A stretch of DNA of 64,000 nucleotides, from NCBI GenBank assembly GCA_030704615.1, contig CM060734.1, positions 18,042,001 to 18,106,000 of the forward strand, read 5' to 3'. Made by a program: the position numbers and the translations under genes. Positions 37,378 to 50,000 of this stretch are shown here, piece after piece (the first letter of the stretch is position 1; every line of letters begins with the position of its first letter). Source of the stretch: Takakia lepidozioides. Lineage: Eukaryota; Plantae; Bryophyta. The notes under the pieces were generated by a model. That model worked only from the letters and a program-made list of their open reading frames with translations, was not told the DNA's origin and searched no databases.

Positions 37378-38040
37378 AATGTCTGCACGTAGACCATGGC
37401 TGCAAGAGTCAATGCCAACAAAGGAATCACAATATCACCAGCTTTGGAATAAAAATCCATGGCTGGGTTTGCATATATATAACCACTGAAGTATGGGTTG
37501 AAGGGATGAAACAGGTCCTCCACCAGTCCCCAATACTCCTTTGCTTCCTTCTGCAGGACATGAGTCCCAGACATTTGCAAAGTCATTGACTTCCTTGGTC
37601 AATGCTGTTTGGTCATGGTTAGTCCTAGCAACATGAACAGCAAGCACCACCAGGAAACTCACAACATGGGTGATCCCACAGACCAAATTTACGTTGCTTC
37701 CTTTCTCTCGGGAGTTCCACTGCAGCTGATTTGAGCTCTGCCTGAGAGGCAGTTATCATACGTTCCTTCCACACCTTCTTGGCAAGGCGGATGATCAGAA
37801 GGAAAGCTACCAGCGTGAGGGATTTCACAAGAAACATGATGCTTTGGGTCCACTGGCCCTCCCTTAGCAGGTTGTATCCAGTGTCAACTTCTGTGTCTGA
37901 ATTCATCCGTGCAAACAACGCTTCTGCCCCTGTTACAACAGCAGGCAGTTGATTGACGAACCTTGAGATAACATGCAAATCTAGCCAAATATTTGTGAAT
38001 GTACCAGAAAACCACATTCTGCCCCAAGAAGTGATACTCA
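37378..38040 (-). pseudogene. DUF2921-family membrane protein C-terminal fragment
   Basis: VTGAEALF..., FLVKSLTLVAFLLIIRLAKKVW, EYWGLVEDLF, YIYANPAMDFYSKAGDIVIPLLALTLAAMVYVQ. Frameshifts and an internal deletion are present. Confidence 0.7.
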
Positions 38041-38180
38041 AATTGTAGTTAGAGCTCTGGTGTAACATGCACTCACCCAAGTCCCATGGCCTTTTTTTCA
38101 AGTAATCACAAACCCTAACCTTCAAAGTTGGAAGACAGAAATTTAAATGCCAAGCATACAGAGCGTGTACTCCTCTGTTT

Positions 38181-38820
38181 CTATATTTGGCATACATGTC
38201 CACAAGGGCATTGTCCAGAATGATAGTTGATACAATTCCAGCTTTCAGGATGTCAGCATGGACCTCTTTGCCCTTTTCCAGGGCTGCAAGGCTGGCACAG
38301 GCATGGCAAATGCAGACGAACGTGATCTGGTTGAGCTTGACCCCTTCCCGCATCATTTGCTTATAGTCTCCAATGCCTCCATCCCACCTCCATGCTGGGC
38401 AAACCCTGCGATCATCACATTCCAAGAGATTAAATTTCGCTCAGCCATACTGTTGGACACTGCCTTTGCATCCTTCATGCTCCCACACTTGGCATACATG
38501 TCCACCAGAGTAGTGTCCAGAATGATAGTTGGCACGATTCCAGCTTTCAATGGCAGCATGGACCTCTCTGCCCTTTTCCAGGGCTGCCAGGCTGGCAAAT
38601 GCCTTGAGAACACAAATGAAAGTGACCTGGTCGGGCTTCACCCCCTCTTGCACCATTTGCACATAGGTCTCCAAAGCCTCCAACCCACACCCATGCTGGG
38701 CATATCCTGCAATCATCGCAATCCAGGAGACCACATCACGTTCAGCCATCTTGTCAAACACTCTTTTTGCATCCTCAAGGCTCCCGCATTTAGCATACAT
38801 ATTGATGAGGGCACTGAATG
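38181..38820 (-). pseudogene. PLS-class PPR fragment
   Basis: SALINMYAKCGSLEDAKRVFDKMAERDVVSWIAMIAGYAQHG; ITFVCICHACASLAALEKGKEVH; frameshifts. Confidence 0.9.
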
Positions 38821-39134
38821 ATATTTGGCACAATCCCAGGCCTGGAAACAAGATAGAGATAGGTTTCCGCAAGAAGATCCACGTATCAACAGATGCTCAA
38901 AATCTCTGCTTGGGAAGGCCGGGGATGGAAGCAAAGTAAACCTGCACACCAATCTTGTATGGTAAGGATTCTCTGGAAAACTGCACACTAGACTATTGTA
39001 GATTTGATCGCATCAGTCCTGAAACAATTCTCACGCCCTCATTGTGATGTGAAGATCTGGCACTCTCTAATGTACTGTTTCTAGATATTGGCACAAGTAG
39101 GCAGACGTCCCGCACGTCCAAGAAGCTAGGTCCA

Positions 39135-39259
39135 CCATGCAGCCAAAGGACGCCATGATCTTGGCTCAGGGAATCGAAGTAGTGTCTTCCTTCATCCAGT
39201 AGGCCAGTGTGGCTGCATGCAGAGAGAACACATATAAAGGTGATACTGTCCAGCTTCAA
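39135..39259 (-). pseudogene. PPR L2/S2-type motif fragment
   Basis: [33 protein letters not shown]. Confidence 0.8.
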
Positions 39260-40784
39260 ACAATACTACAAAACTATCCTTGTCATTGAACAAACCAGCT
39301 ATACAAATCAACCTGGAGAAGAGAGAGAAGAGGAACTATTTCTAACCTCCATGTGGGCCCCCAGGGCAATGAAAATACAGGAAAAAAGAAACAAACCGCA
39401 TCATGTACACATGGAAAGAAAGACAAACTAAAGAAACTTTATTACATCCACAGGGGGGCCCAAGGACCCCTGAAACAAAGTAGAACAACAAGCAAAAATG
39501 CCGAAAGTTTCCAAAAGACATTTCCCAAAGACATACCTCATGCAAGTAAGCTGCCAGACACTTCTAGTCATCAAAGCCTCTAAACAGACAGTAGCAACTG
39601 AGGTCTTCCAGACTAACCAATTCATGGAGGTCGCTTACACTTCTGGTCGATTCTGGAGTCTTGGCTTCGTTATTCCTATTTTGAACTGTGGAGACCCTGT
39701 GTCCTAGGATTGAGATGTGGCTTCTGCTGTTTGTAACTTTCCCTTGCCTTCGCTGAGGCTACATGAAGAGGTTTCCTTGTAAAATTTGACCCGGATCTTG
39801 CTCATTGCCTCTTACTAAAAAGAAAACACGAGAAATTATATAACGTTCACGGGGGGCGAGTGCACATGGGAGAGGCAGAAAAACAAAAGGAAAAACTTTT
39901 AAACGTCCACAGAGGGTCCAACTTGCATACCTGGGCATCCTCCAGCTCATTTGCATAGAATCGAGCAACTCCTCCCCACACTCAGCCCTCAGCCGGTAGC
40001 ATCCTCGCTACTGTACCTGCCATCGAAGGATAAGACCAGACTATCACTGACAAATCCTTGTAATACTCAAAAGGGGCTGCAGGATTTCAGATTTGGTGAC
40101 TGTAAATGAAGACCACCAAGCTGCATACAATGCCTGTATTTCTTTCTTTGACTTTAATGGAGTTAAGGCAAGACAACGGAAATGCCCACTAGCGGTGTGT
40201 TTCTGTTCACCAATGTCTTAGGACCATAATCATACACAGCATCAGTAAACCTTACAAGTCTTTGACTAATGGATTGCATTGCAGAAACTTTTTCCCACAG
40301 CTTACAGATCACTGAAAGGAACTCACAAGGAAGCAGATTGCTGTGTGTCCAGTGTGCTCGTTCTCTACATCTGCGCCTGAGGGCTTATAGCTGATAGCCA
40401 CGTGGCTTGCAGTAGTGCCGCCTTTTGAATCTGTTTCTTCCCGCCTGCCATATTAGGTATGCTCCTCTCACGCATCAGATGGCCTCTGTCTGTGTGTGCC
40501 TACCTTTGGACGGGTACTGTGCTTAATGGCGTGAGCAATAACAGACTTACTACTTGATTCTACTCTTCTTGTGTCAATGCTCGAGAAGGGCAAGAAGGAA
40601 CAGCATTGCTGATAGTTCAAGCTACCTCATACTTGCTCAGCAGAGCTTCTCGAGAATGGGACCAAATGCAAACTCGTCATCATATGGGGACGCTCGCCAG
40701 AAAAGAATCGAAGAAAACAAGAAACGTATGCTAGAGCTTGACCAAGTCATCCTGTCCATCCAGTGCAACAGTTGTGCGGTCATG

Positions 40785-43700
40785 TATGGAATGCCGAAAG
40801 GGCCATACTTTCTAGCAACCCATGACCACTGGGAAGATGCCCATGTCGATGCCGGTTGCCACTGGTTACCCGTGGGAGGACCGCGGTCTTGCGTGACAGT
40901 ACTTTATACCAAGTATTTATATAAATACCAAGTAAGTGTATATGGGAATTCCATACGTTCCAAATTTTTCTGTAGAATGCCCGGTTCATCGCGGGCAGGG
41001 TTCGCTCGAGGGAGGGGAAAATAGGGTGTTTTTGGTGCAGTGTTTGATTTACACATTAGCTGCAATTTAAATCAAGTGAACAAAATATATGCATAAATAG
41101 AAAAGAGATAACATTATAATGAATAATATAAACTTATAGTCAATATGCCACAATGCCATTGGTGTTGTAACATTGTATTGACGCCACACGAGGGGTAATG
41201 CTCTATATCTCCTTTCATAGTGAGCTCCTAAGAAATTAATCAATGAAAAAAAAATGTCATAAAGAATAAAAACAAGGAATGTGCCATTGAACCAACACAT
41301 CTACAAATTCCACATGTTTAATGGTACCTGATAACACTTGCAATGCTCTTGCGATCTTCCGCTATCACATAAACCAGTGTTGGTAACCAACGTGCTCTTC
41401 CTCTACAGGCCACCTGATAAATCTTTATCACTCCCTTCTCCAGACCCCACTCAGGGTCAGCATCATGCACTCTTTTAAGAATGTTTTCTTTACAACCGTC
41501 TGGCAATTCCAAGAACCTCTGAAAGAATTGTTTGGACAATCTTTCCTTCTCAGTTTCACAGGGAATTTGATTCACATCAAATTCTTTAATTCTCCAACCA
41601 CCATGATCCCACCAGATGCCTGTCACATCTGGTTGTTCAAGACTTAGTTCCCCAGTATGGTCGCCAAATGTCAGGCGACTTTTACTCACCCATCCCTTCG
41701 CTATCCGAGGTGGAAACTCCAAGATAGAAGAGTTGGATAAGCGAGTAGAGTTTGAAGGCTGGGAGGAAAGGAAGGTGAATGTTTATACTTATATGCATGA
41801 AGAGCTTGTACTGGTAAAGAATTGGATTCCAAAGGATATTCTGTGGATCAAACTCACACCAAGAACAACTTTCCAGACTTATTTGCCATATGGTTATATG
41901 GTAACGGAGACTTCTAATATAGCCAAGGGTGCATTGAAGCTTGAAAGAAACCCAGGCATATACGAGAGATACTACAGAAGAGAGTTTTGGTTACTGCCAC
42001 ATTAAAGAAATGAAAGACATGAGACATGAGTGATCAAAGAGAAGCTAGACTCCAGAGATATTCAGCAAAAAGAGAAAGTTATCTGAAAGCTAATTATCCA
42101 TATCTTTGGGAGAGAGGAATAGACATAGGGGAATCATCTGGACCTCTCACACCATTAAGATCAGAGAGTACATCACCCATACCGGAAGAACTAGAGTTGG
42201 ATGCCACTCCTTCTTTTCTTTGCAAGAAAGATTAAGGGAATTGGTACGGGAAGAAGATCAATCACGAGGTGAAAGATCTGAGGTACATCCCTGGATAAAA
42301 GATTTGACAGAAATCTTTGATAAGAGTTGGCATGAAACACCAAAAGCAGGAACTCCAGTTTCTGAAACGGAAGGTGAAGAAGGAGGAGAGGATGTGGCAG
42401 AGCCAATGGAGAGTTCAGACTCTCCAACACCATTACAGTTGAGTTACATGAGTGAAGAAGAAACCTAAGGGCAGAACTTGGAGGATGAAAATAGAGAGAA
42501 GAAATTGGAAGAGAAAAAGTATGAAGAAGTAGACCCAACAGCTGAGGTTGAGACTACAACCAGGACATCCCAACCCGTTGGACCTGGATCAAGTGGAGCA
42601 CTTGGATCACAGGCCAACGAAGATGTCGGCTCAGGGGGATCAGGCGGGCAGCCTGGATCTGGCTCTGGGGGGACAGGGAGTGTGGGAAATAGTGCAACTA
42701 GAGCTGGGAATACTGTGAATATCGTGGGGCCAGTAGCAGGGAGTGCTCAGGGGCCACCACTTGATCGGAGATCCACCACAACTACAACAGGTCCTCAAGG
42801 ACCAGCACCAGCAAGGGTGCCAGCACCTGTCAGTGGGCAGACGGTAGGGCCACAGATGGCGTTACAACCAACACTGGCAAAACCACCTTTTCCAATATAT
42901 TCAAGAAAAGGGGATCCCGATGTACGCATTAGCCAATTTGAGCACATGTGTATAGTGAACAATGAGAATGGTGATGATGCCAAGATGAGACTGTTTCCTT
43001 GTTCCCTTATCAAGAAAGCAAGTGAATGGTATGCAAGATTCCCTGATAATCATTTCCTAACCTGGAATGGCTTGAATACAGCATTCCGAAATAGGTTCAG
43101 GACAAGTAAAACTGAGGATGAAGTGTATGGAAGTTTACAACAGTTAAAGCAAAAAAAGCATGAAACTATTGAGGAGTATATAGAAAAAATGGAATTGATG
43201 ATGAAAAAGCTGGCTACTGTACCAGCACCAGGTTTACAGAAGACGTGGTTTGTGAGTGGACTAAGACCAGAGTTGCAAAAGAAAGTGGATATGTTACCCC
43301 ATAATACAGTGGAGGAGGCATTTGAAACAGCAAACAGAATTGAGCAATTGGGAATGCTCAGGAGAGAGAAAAGGGATGATGAGGACTCTGAGGATGAGGG
43401 AGCCCTCACATTCAACCGTGTTAGGGCTGCTTTGACGTGCAAAATGCCCCAATTTGAAGAGTGGATTGAATTCTATCTGACAATTCCTCAATGATGAAGC
43501 TACCATATACCTTGAATTTGTAACCGAGGGCCTTTGTCAAAAGCCTCTTCAACTGTCTAGGGTCTTTAATACTTAGAGCTTCAGCAACTTTTTTGAAAGT
43601 AACTCCTTGGTTGAGCATGGTCTGAACATAGGTCACTAGGTCTGCCATAGGCTGAACACCCTCTTCAGCCATAACTCTTCTGAAAAAGTAGTTGCAATAA

Positions 43701-44209
43701 TCACTGTGCTAGCTGCATCCAAAGAAACTAGGGTTAATTGAACTACCTAATGTTACTTCAGCTCATGATTTTCCTGGGAATTTGGCAAAAAAAACTAAAA
43801 CAACCACAACTATACTCAATCAGTCAGTCTATTAACCACTTCCTCTCTCCACCATAGCACCAAAAAGCTAACCACTCATCGAATCCTTGTCACAATCCGA
43901 GGCTGCAAACGACCCCAGCCAGAAGGAAGGTCGATGTGCATGGCGTCAAAGCTCCACAGTCCGCATTCGCCGCGACCCACCAAACTGAACCCTCAATAAA
44001 TCCTCCCAAAATTTGGAACATATGGAATTCCCATATAAATTTATTCGGTATTCGTATAACTACTTGGTATAAAGTATGGTCACGCAAGACCGCGGTCCTC
44101 CCACGGGTAACCAGTGGTAGCCGACATCTTTCCAATGGACATGGGCATCTATCCAGTGGTCATGGATGCATAACTGAGAGAGAAAGCATGGCCCTTCTGG
44201 CATTCCATA
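40785..44209 (-). mobile_element. IS3EU-like DNA transposon derivative with ~190-200 bp TIRs and 6-bp TSD GTCATG
   Basis: Ends TATGGAATGCC / GGCATTCCATA. GTCATG lies at 40779-40784 and 44210-44215. TIRs ~40785-40967 and ~44008-44209. Transposase remnants at 43672-43405 and ~41228-41130 (RQYNVTTPMALWHID). Confidence 0.8.
41340..43400 (+). mobile_element. Nested Gypsy gag-region fragment (Retrotrans_gag) with an upstream antisense ORF
   Basis: FPIYSRKGDPDVRISQF...KMRLFPCSL...ASEWY...LTWNGLNTAFRNRF...LKQKKHETIEEY...FVSGLRPEL. ORF 41318-41722 lies on the minus strand. Confidence 0.85.
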
Positions 44210-45559
44210 GTCATGTAAGAAAAGATGCCTCTCCCTGCGGTCAAGGTGTGGGTCCAGGGGACACAGACAAAGTCTCCCTCTCCGATACTTCTCTGATAAG
44301 GCTCGCATGGCAGCCATTGAAGCTGCTGAAGAAAACACCAAAGGCTTAGATAATCCCTCCATCGTGAAACCAATGTTACACTCCCATACAACGAGTGGGT
44401 TTTGGCTCGGGCTGCCAGCCGCCTTCTGCAAGGTGTACTTGCCATTACAAGATGACCGAATTATGTTGCAGGATGAGCAAGATATGGAATGGGAGACGAT
44501 CTATCTAGCGAAAAAGGTGGGACTGAGTGGGGGATGGCGAGGCTTCTTGCTGGACCATAACTTGGTAGATGGAGACGTATGCGTGTTTGAGCTCGTTTCT
44601 AGGACTAGATTCAAGATCCACATTGTAAGGGCCTCTAAGTCAACTGCATCGTATCCAGCCAGAGAGAAAGTGGAAAAGAGCTCAAGCGGGAAAAAATCAA
44701 TGACGCCTGTATCCAGGAAACTTCATAAAACAATCAAAGAGGAGATGAACCAAGAAGATGCAGCTGTTCTTGATGTGGTGCGGTGCAAGAAAGTCAAACA
44801 AGGTGCCAAAGAGGACACAGAATTGAAGGTCGTTGAGACAGCACAGTCTGGAAAACGCAAGAGACAAGTCAAAGAGGAGGAGGTTGTGGTTTGCGAGCAG
44901 AGTGACGAGGAAGGTCAAGATAGAAGGAAAAAAGACTCACAGCAAGAAAAGCGAGGTCGCTGACGTAAATGAGGTGATTGAACTAGAATCCGACCTTGTC
45001 GATGAGGACGACGTTGGGCAGTCACCAGCAGCACTTCAAAGGTTTAAACAGACCAGGGGTTCTTGCCGGACATCACAGAGGGTCAGTACACTGTCAGGGG
45101 GAGAAAACAAACCATCAGGAAGAGTTTGTAAACCATCGGAGAAGACCGGTAAACCAGCACGGAGGATCAGTAACTCATCAGGGAGGACCAGTAAGCCAGC
45201 TGCAAAATGGCTTGGTGTGAGGCAAGCTAGAGGCCCCCCTGCTTGGAAATGTTCCAGTGGGGAACTGACTGTAGCAAAAATGTGCATCCGAAGTAGAAGT
45301 GAAGGTGAGTAGATTGACAAATGGATCAGGAATCCAAGGACCAGCTCACAACATTGTGAGTTGATCACGTGTAGTTTTGCGGGGAGAGGGAAAAACCTGT
45401 GCCAAGATGGCTACTGGCAGTCATGCCCGTGTACACTTCTCTTGAGCTCTCTCTCGTTCTCTGTCGTTTTATGCACATTTTGAGCTGGATTGGAACCCAT
45501 TTCAACATCATGACACCTTCATGGTCCTCTGCGAAAATGATTCTTACATCCCAACTACT

Positions 45560-45985
45560 TGTGTGCAGCTTTGTCTCCATATTTGCTACATGCATTGGGA
45601 AGGTTCAGGATGGGCTCTCACAATTTGAGGATAGAGACTGGAAGACTGGCAAATTGGAGCTTACCAGACGCTTCTGCCAAGCTTGTGCTAGAGAAGTCAG
45701 ATAGGCCAGTGGTAATCTATTTCTTCCCTGTACGTTTTACTAAAAAACTTGGGGCCATTACTACTACTTGTTTGAAGACAGTAAAGCCCTTTGGGGAGTC
45801 TTTTCCACAGATGCCTGGCAGCACATCTGCATGAATCTCTCCATCTTCGGGAATCCATTGTTGATTCAAAATTTTCGGGCTCATTGACAAGCCCCTCAAT
45901 TTTTTTGTATTTTGTTTTTGTTTTCCTCTGAGCCCTGTTGGGCAGAGGGCTACATTGGACAGTGCTGGAATCCATCCCATCCATA
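45560..45985 (+). mobile_element. 3' end of a non-LTR retrotransposon (LINE ORF2 C-terminal zinc-finger region)
   Basis: LGRFRMGSHNLRIETGR...RFCQAC. 3' stem-loop AGCCCT...AGGGCT, then CATTGGAC and an ATCC-repeat tail. Confidence 0.7.
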
Positions 45986-47061
45986 TTTTGTATGAATGCA
46001 CCAACTTACAACTAAGCAAACAAAGGTCATATTTACGTGTAAATGTCATGTTGATTTTAGGTGTGGTAAACATCAAATTGTGCAAAATATTTATGAGTTT
46101 ATAGTGGTCTGCTCTAAGGAAAGATATTCAACATTGTTTTAAATGTAGTTCAGAGTAGGGATTAGGGGTTAGTCTTAGGGATTTCTTGATATGAATAGGT
46201 AGAATTCGCGCTTCTTAGGGTCCCATAAGATCTTTGAGCTTACCTTTGGATAGTCCTTTTCTTCCTTTTTTTTTTTTTTTTTTTTTTTTCCCTCTTGGAA
46301 CACCATTTTTTCTTCTCCTACGGCGAGAGCTATGGTTGCAGTGTTTGTGAACACATTGTTTGTCATCCTGAAGGCAGAGTTTGACATAGTACCACGAGTT
46401 CAAGCCCGTCATTATCTTGCAAGTAAGCTGCTTACTTATTGTACTTCCAGGTGGGGCCCCCCACCCTAGAGAAACGACAAAAATATGCCCCCCCTCATCC
46501 TCGCCATCCGCCAGCGTGGGCGGCGCACCGGCCCTCTATCAGTTATCACAGCCGGTATTAGAGGTGGGATTCATACCGCCAATATAAACGCGCTACACGA
46601 CAATCTTAAAATCCCTATCCCCCCGATCCACAAATGCTTTAAAGCCATCCACCTCACTGCGATCCGCTCCCTCACTGCCATCATCACCAATAATCGACAA
46701 CTCGAGTCCAACCCCTCTGCGGCATCCCGAATACCTTGGGGTACCCCCGGGTACCCTAGGTACCCTAGACACCGCTACCCTATTTACTACCTCCTCCTAG
46801 TTACCCGGTGTCCCTTGGACACCTGTTCTCTTCTTAGGGCCCACCCCCGAAAGGGGGCAGTAGCCGAAGTGGCTCTTAGTTACGCCGGCTTTGGCCGGAG
46901 TCTTCTCTCTCTCTCTACTTCCAAGTGCATCTCACTCTTGATCTGTATTAGGATTTAGAGTTCTTGGCATACTCTAACCACCTAACCAAAAGCAAATACT
47001 ACTCAAGGGATTGCCTAAGGGTCAAAGCTTCATGGAGGTCAGCTGCCAAGCGTTTTTGATC

Positions 47062-50000
47062 TCACACTGTACTATCTGTAAAATGGATAACCATTCTACT
47101 GAGAATTGTTATTACAATAGAAGGACAGCTACAAGAGAACCTAGGCAAGTGAGGGTACATCAAATGCAACCCCAGCCAAGAAGAAACAATGACCATGACC
47201 ACTATGGTAGGCCTGGTGGATATAACAATGGTATGGCAGGAAGAGGTAATCCAAGAGGGAATTACCAAGGCAATCCCAGAGGCAACTATCACGGTAATCC
47301 AAGGGGGAATTACCAGCCAGGGAATCAGGATTATATAAATAACCCAAAATAGACCAAAGGCGAGGACCCAATGGTGAAGAACTGTGTTACTATTGCAACC
47401 AAGCAGGACATTGCAAAGCAGCCTGTCCATTCTGGATCAGATACCAGAATGAGATGAGAGCCCTGTGAATGAGGGCCCAGCAGTGGCAGCTCACATGGTT
47501 ATGCCATGTTTTGTACCAGAAGTAAGTACAATGATAGTTATCAGAAGCAAAACTAAACTATTGTCTCCAGTGGATGAGGAAGAAGATGTTAATGAAGATG
47601 GCAATGATGTGCCTGAAGATGATGAGGCATAGAGAGATGAGAAAGAACTGCACAAGGAAGTGGCTGATACCATAAGGGAAATGCAAAAGGATATTGATAT
47701 CCCTATGGCAGATTCTTCTGACTCTGAAAGAGAAGATGAAGAAGGTGAAGATGAAGTGAAGCAAGAGGCTTCACGGGTGCAGGATAATGAAGGGGCTTTG
47801 GCTGAAGTAATATGCCAGTCCAAAGCTGAGATTACAATTGGGCAGCTATTGGCTGTGACACCCCATTGTAGACACAGGCTGTATCAAACAATCAATCAGA
47901 TTGCTCATGTGACAGAGAATACAGACCTGAACAGCAAGGTGACAAGTTATAATGGGCCAGAAACTATCATGGACTTTGATGATTCCATGTTAGTAATCCA
48001 ATTGAGAATTGGAAGCACAGACCTGACTGATGTACTGATAGATGGAGGCTTGGGAGTGAATATCATGACAGACCAATTAAGGCAGAAGCTTGGACTGAGT
48101 AACATGAAACCAGCCCCATTCACAGTAACAATGGCAGATCAAAGGAGTGTATAGCCATTGGGCTTGATAAGAGGAGTAAAGATACAGATTCAGAAGATGA
48201 TCTTTAATATCACAGTGACTGTGTTGAAAATGGATGATGTCATGGAAGCTTACTCCTTATTGCTGGGTCCACCATGGCTGAAACAGGCCAGGGTATTCCA
48301 TGACTGGAATTCCCAGTTACTGACTGTGCATGATGGGAAGCACAAGATACAGGTCACCACTAAGAAATCTAGTAGGCTACCTGCTACCAGAAGACCTCGA
48401 GGAGTCAGAGAGTATGACTGGAGGGAAGGACTTGATGAAGAGCAGGAGGCTACTCTGTTTGCTGCACATCCTGAGTGGGAGCAGGTTGCAGAAATGCAAC
48501 TCGGAGGACTAAGTTGTTTCAAGGGTATATGTTGTGGTGCAGTATCAACAACACCAATTGAGGGGGAAACAAGCAGTTACCCACCACATTTCTATGAAGA
48601 GAGAGAGGGAGAAATAGAAATCCTAGAGGAACCAGCCACTGTGAGTTTACAGGATGAAGTAGTGGCTGGATGGACTATCACAGCTGAAGAGCAAGTGAGA
48701 GAAGTCAATGTGGGAACTAAGAAGGAACCAAGAATGGTGAAAGTTGGGGCTGACTTGGAGCTGGAACTATTTGAAGAAGCTAAGAGCCTATTTATCAAAT
48801 ACAAGGATGTATTTGCATGGAGTTATGAAGACCTGAAGGGGATACCCCCTAAAATATGTTAGCATAAGATTGAGTTGGAACCAAGGTCCGTACCAATCAA
48901 ATAGGCAAGGTACATGATGAATCCCAACTATGCACAGAAGGTTGGGGAGGAGATTAAGAAGTTGGCTGAGGCTAAGTTCATATACCCGATAGAGTATACG
49001 ACTTGGCTATTACCCATTGTGATAGTTCCCAAGAAGAATGGCAAACTGAGAGTTTGTGTGAACTATAAGAAGTTGAATGATTGTACAAAGAAAGATCCAT
49101 TTCCTTTGTCATTCACAGAAGCTGTACTGGACACTGTGGCAGGCCATGAGATGTACTCATTCATGGATGGTTTCAGTGGGTATAACCAAGTACAAGTAGC
49201 TGAAGATGATCAGGGAAAGACAGCTTTCATTACTGACTGGGGTGCTTATGCATACAAAGTCCAGCAACTTTCCAGAGAGTGATAAGTGAATCTTTCCATG
49301 AGTATTTGGATGATTTCATGCAAGTGTTCTTAGATGACTTCAGCGTGTACAGCTCTAAGAATGAGCACTTGCAGAAGTTGGAATTATGTTTGGCCAGATG
49401 CAGGATGAGAGGTCTTGGTTTGAATCCAGAAAAGTGTATTTTCTGTGTCAACTCAGGGGTACTTCTGGGACACATTGTGTGTAAGAAGGGACTGTTTGTG
49501 GATCCTAGAAAGATTGAGGCCATTAAAGCATCCCCACCATAGTAAAGGTTAAGGCTCTAAGGAGATTCCTTGGACAAACCAGCTATTACAGAAGGTTTGT
49601 CAGACGATATGCACAGAAGGCAGCACCATTGAGTAAACTCTTGAAGAATGATGCAGTGTTTGCATCGACAGCTGAATGTCAATAGGCTTTTGAGGAACTT
49701 ACATTGTCAGTAACAACTACACCTGTACTGATTAACCCTCATTGGCATATGGTATTTCATGTACACTGTGATGCCTCAGAAGAAGCACTGGGGGCTGTGT
49801 TAGCCCAAAATGTCACAAGAAACATAGATTCACCTGTGTACTATGCTAGCAGATTGTTGAACAGTGCTGAGAGGAATTATAACACTACTGAAAGAGAAGC
49901 TTTGGCAATGATTTATGCAGTCAAGAAATTCAGGCATTATCTACTGGGAATGAAGTTTATGTTTTATGTGAATCATCAAGCTTTGATTTATCTGGTGAAC

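Larger units (their letters stand above)
40656..45312 (+). pseudogene. B3-domain (REM-like, At3g19184/At5g42700 type) gene interrupted by a DNA transposon
   Basis: N-terminus YGDARQKRIEENKKRMLEL (40656-40740). B3 domain KPMLHSHTTSGFWLGLP...YLAKKVGLSGGWRGFLLDHNLVDGDVCVFEL (44360-44630). The frame is not restored by removing the insertion, and there is a further frameshift near 44940. Confidence 0.85.

Noticed and set aside
46266-47060. Poly-T tract and GC-rich segment as a minus-strand retroposed element
   Set aside because: No TSD or coding homology could be identified; it is left unassigned.
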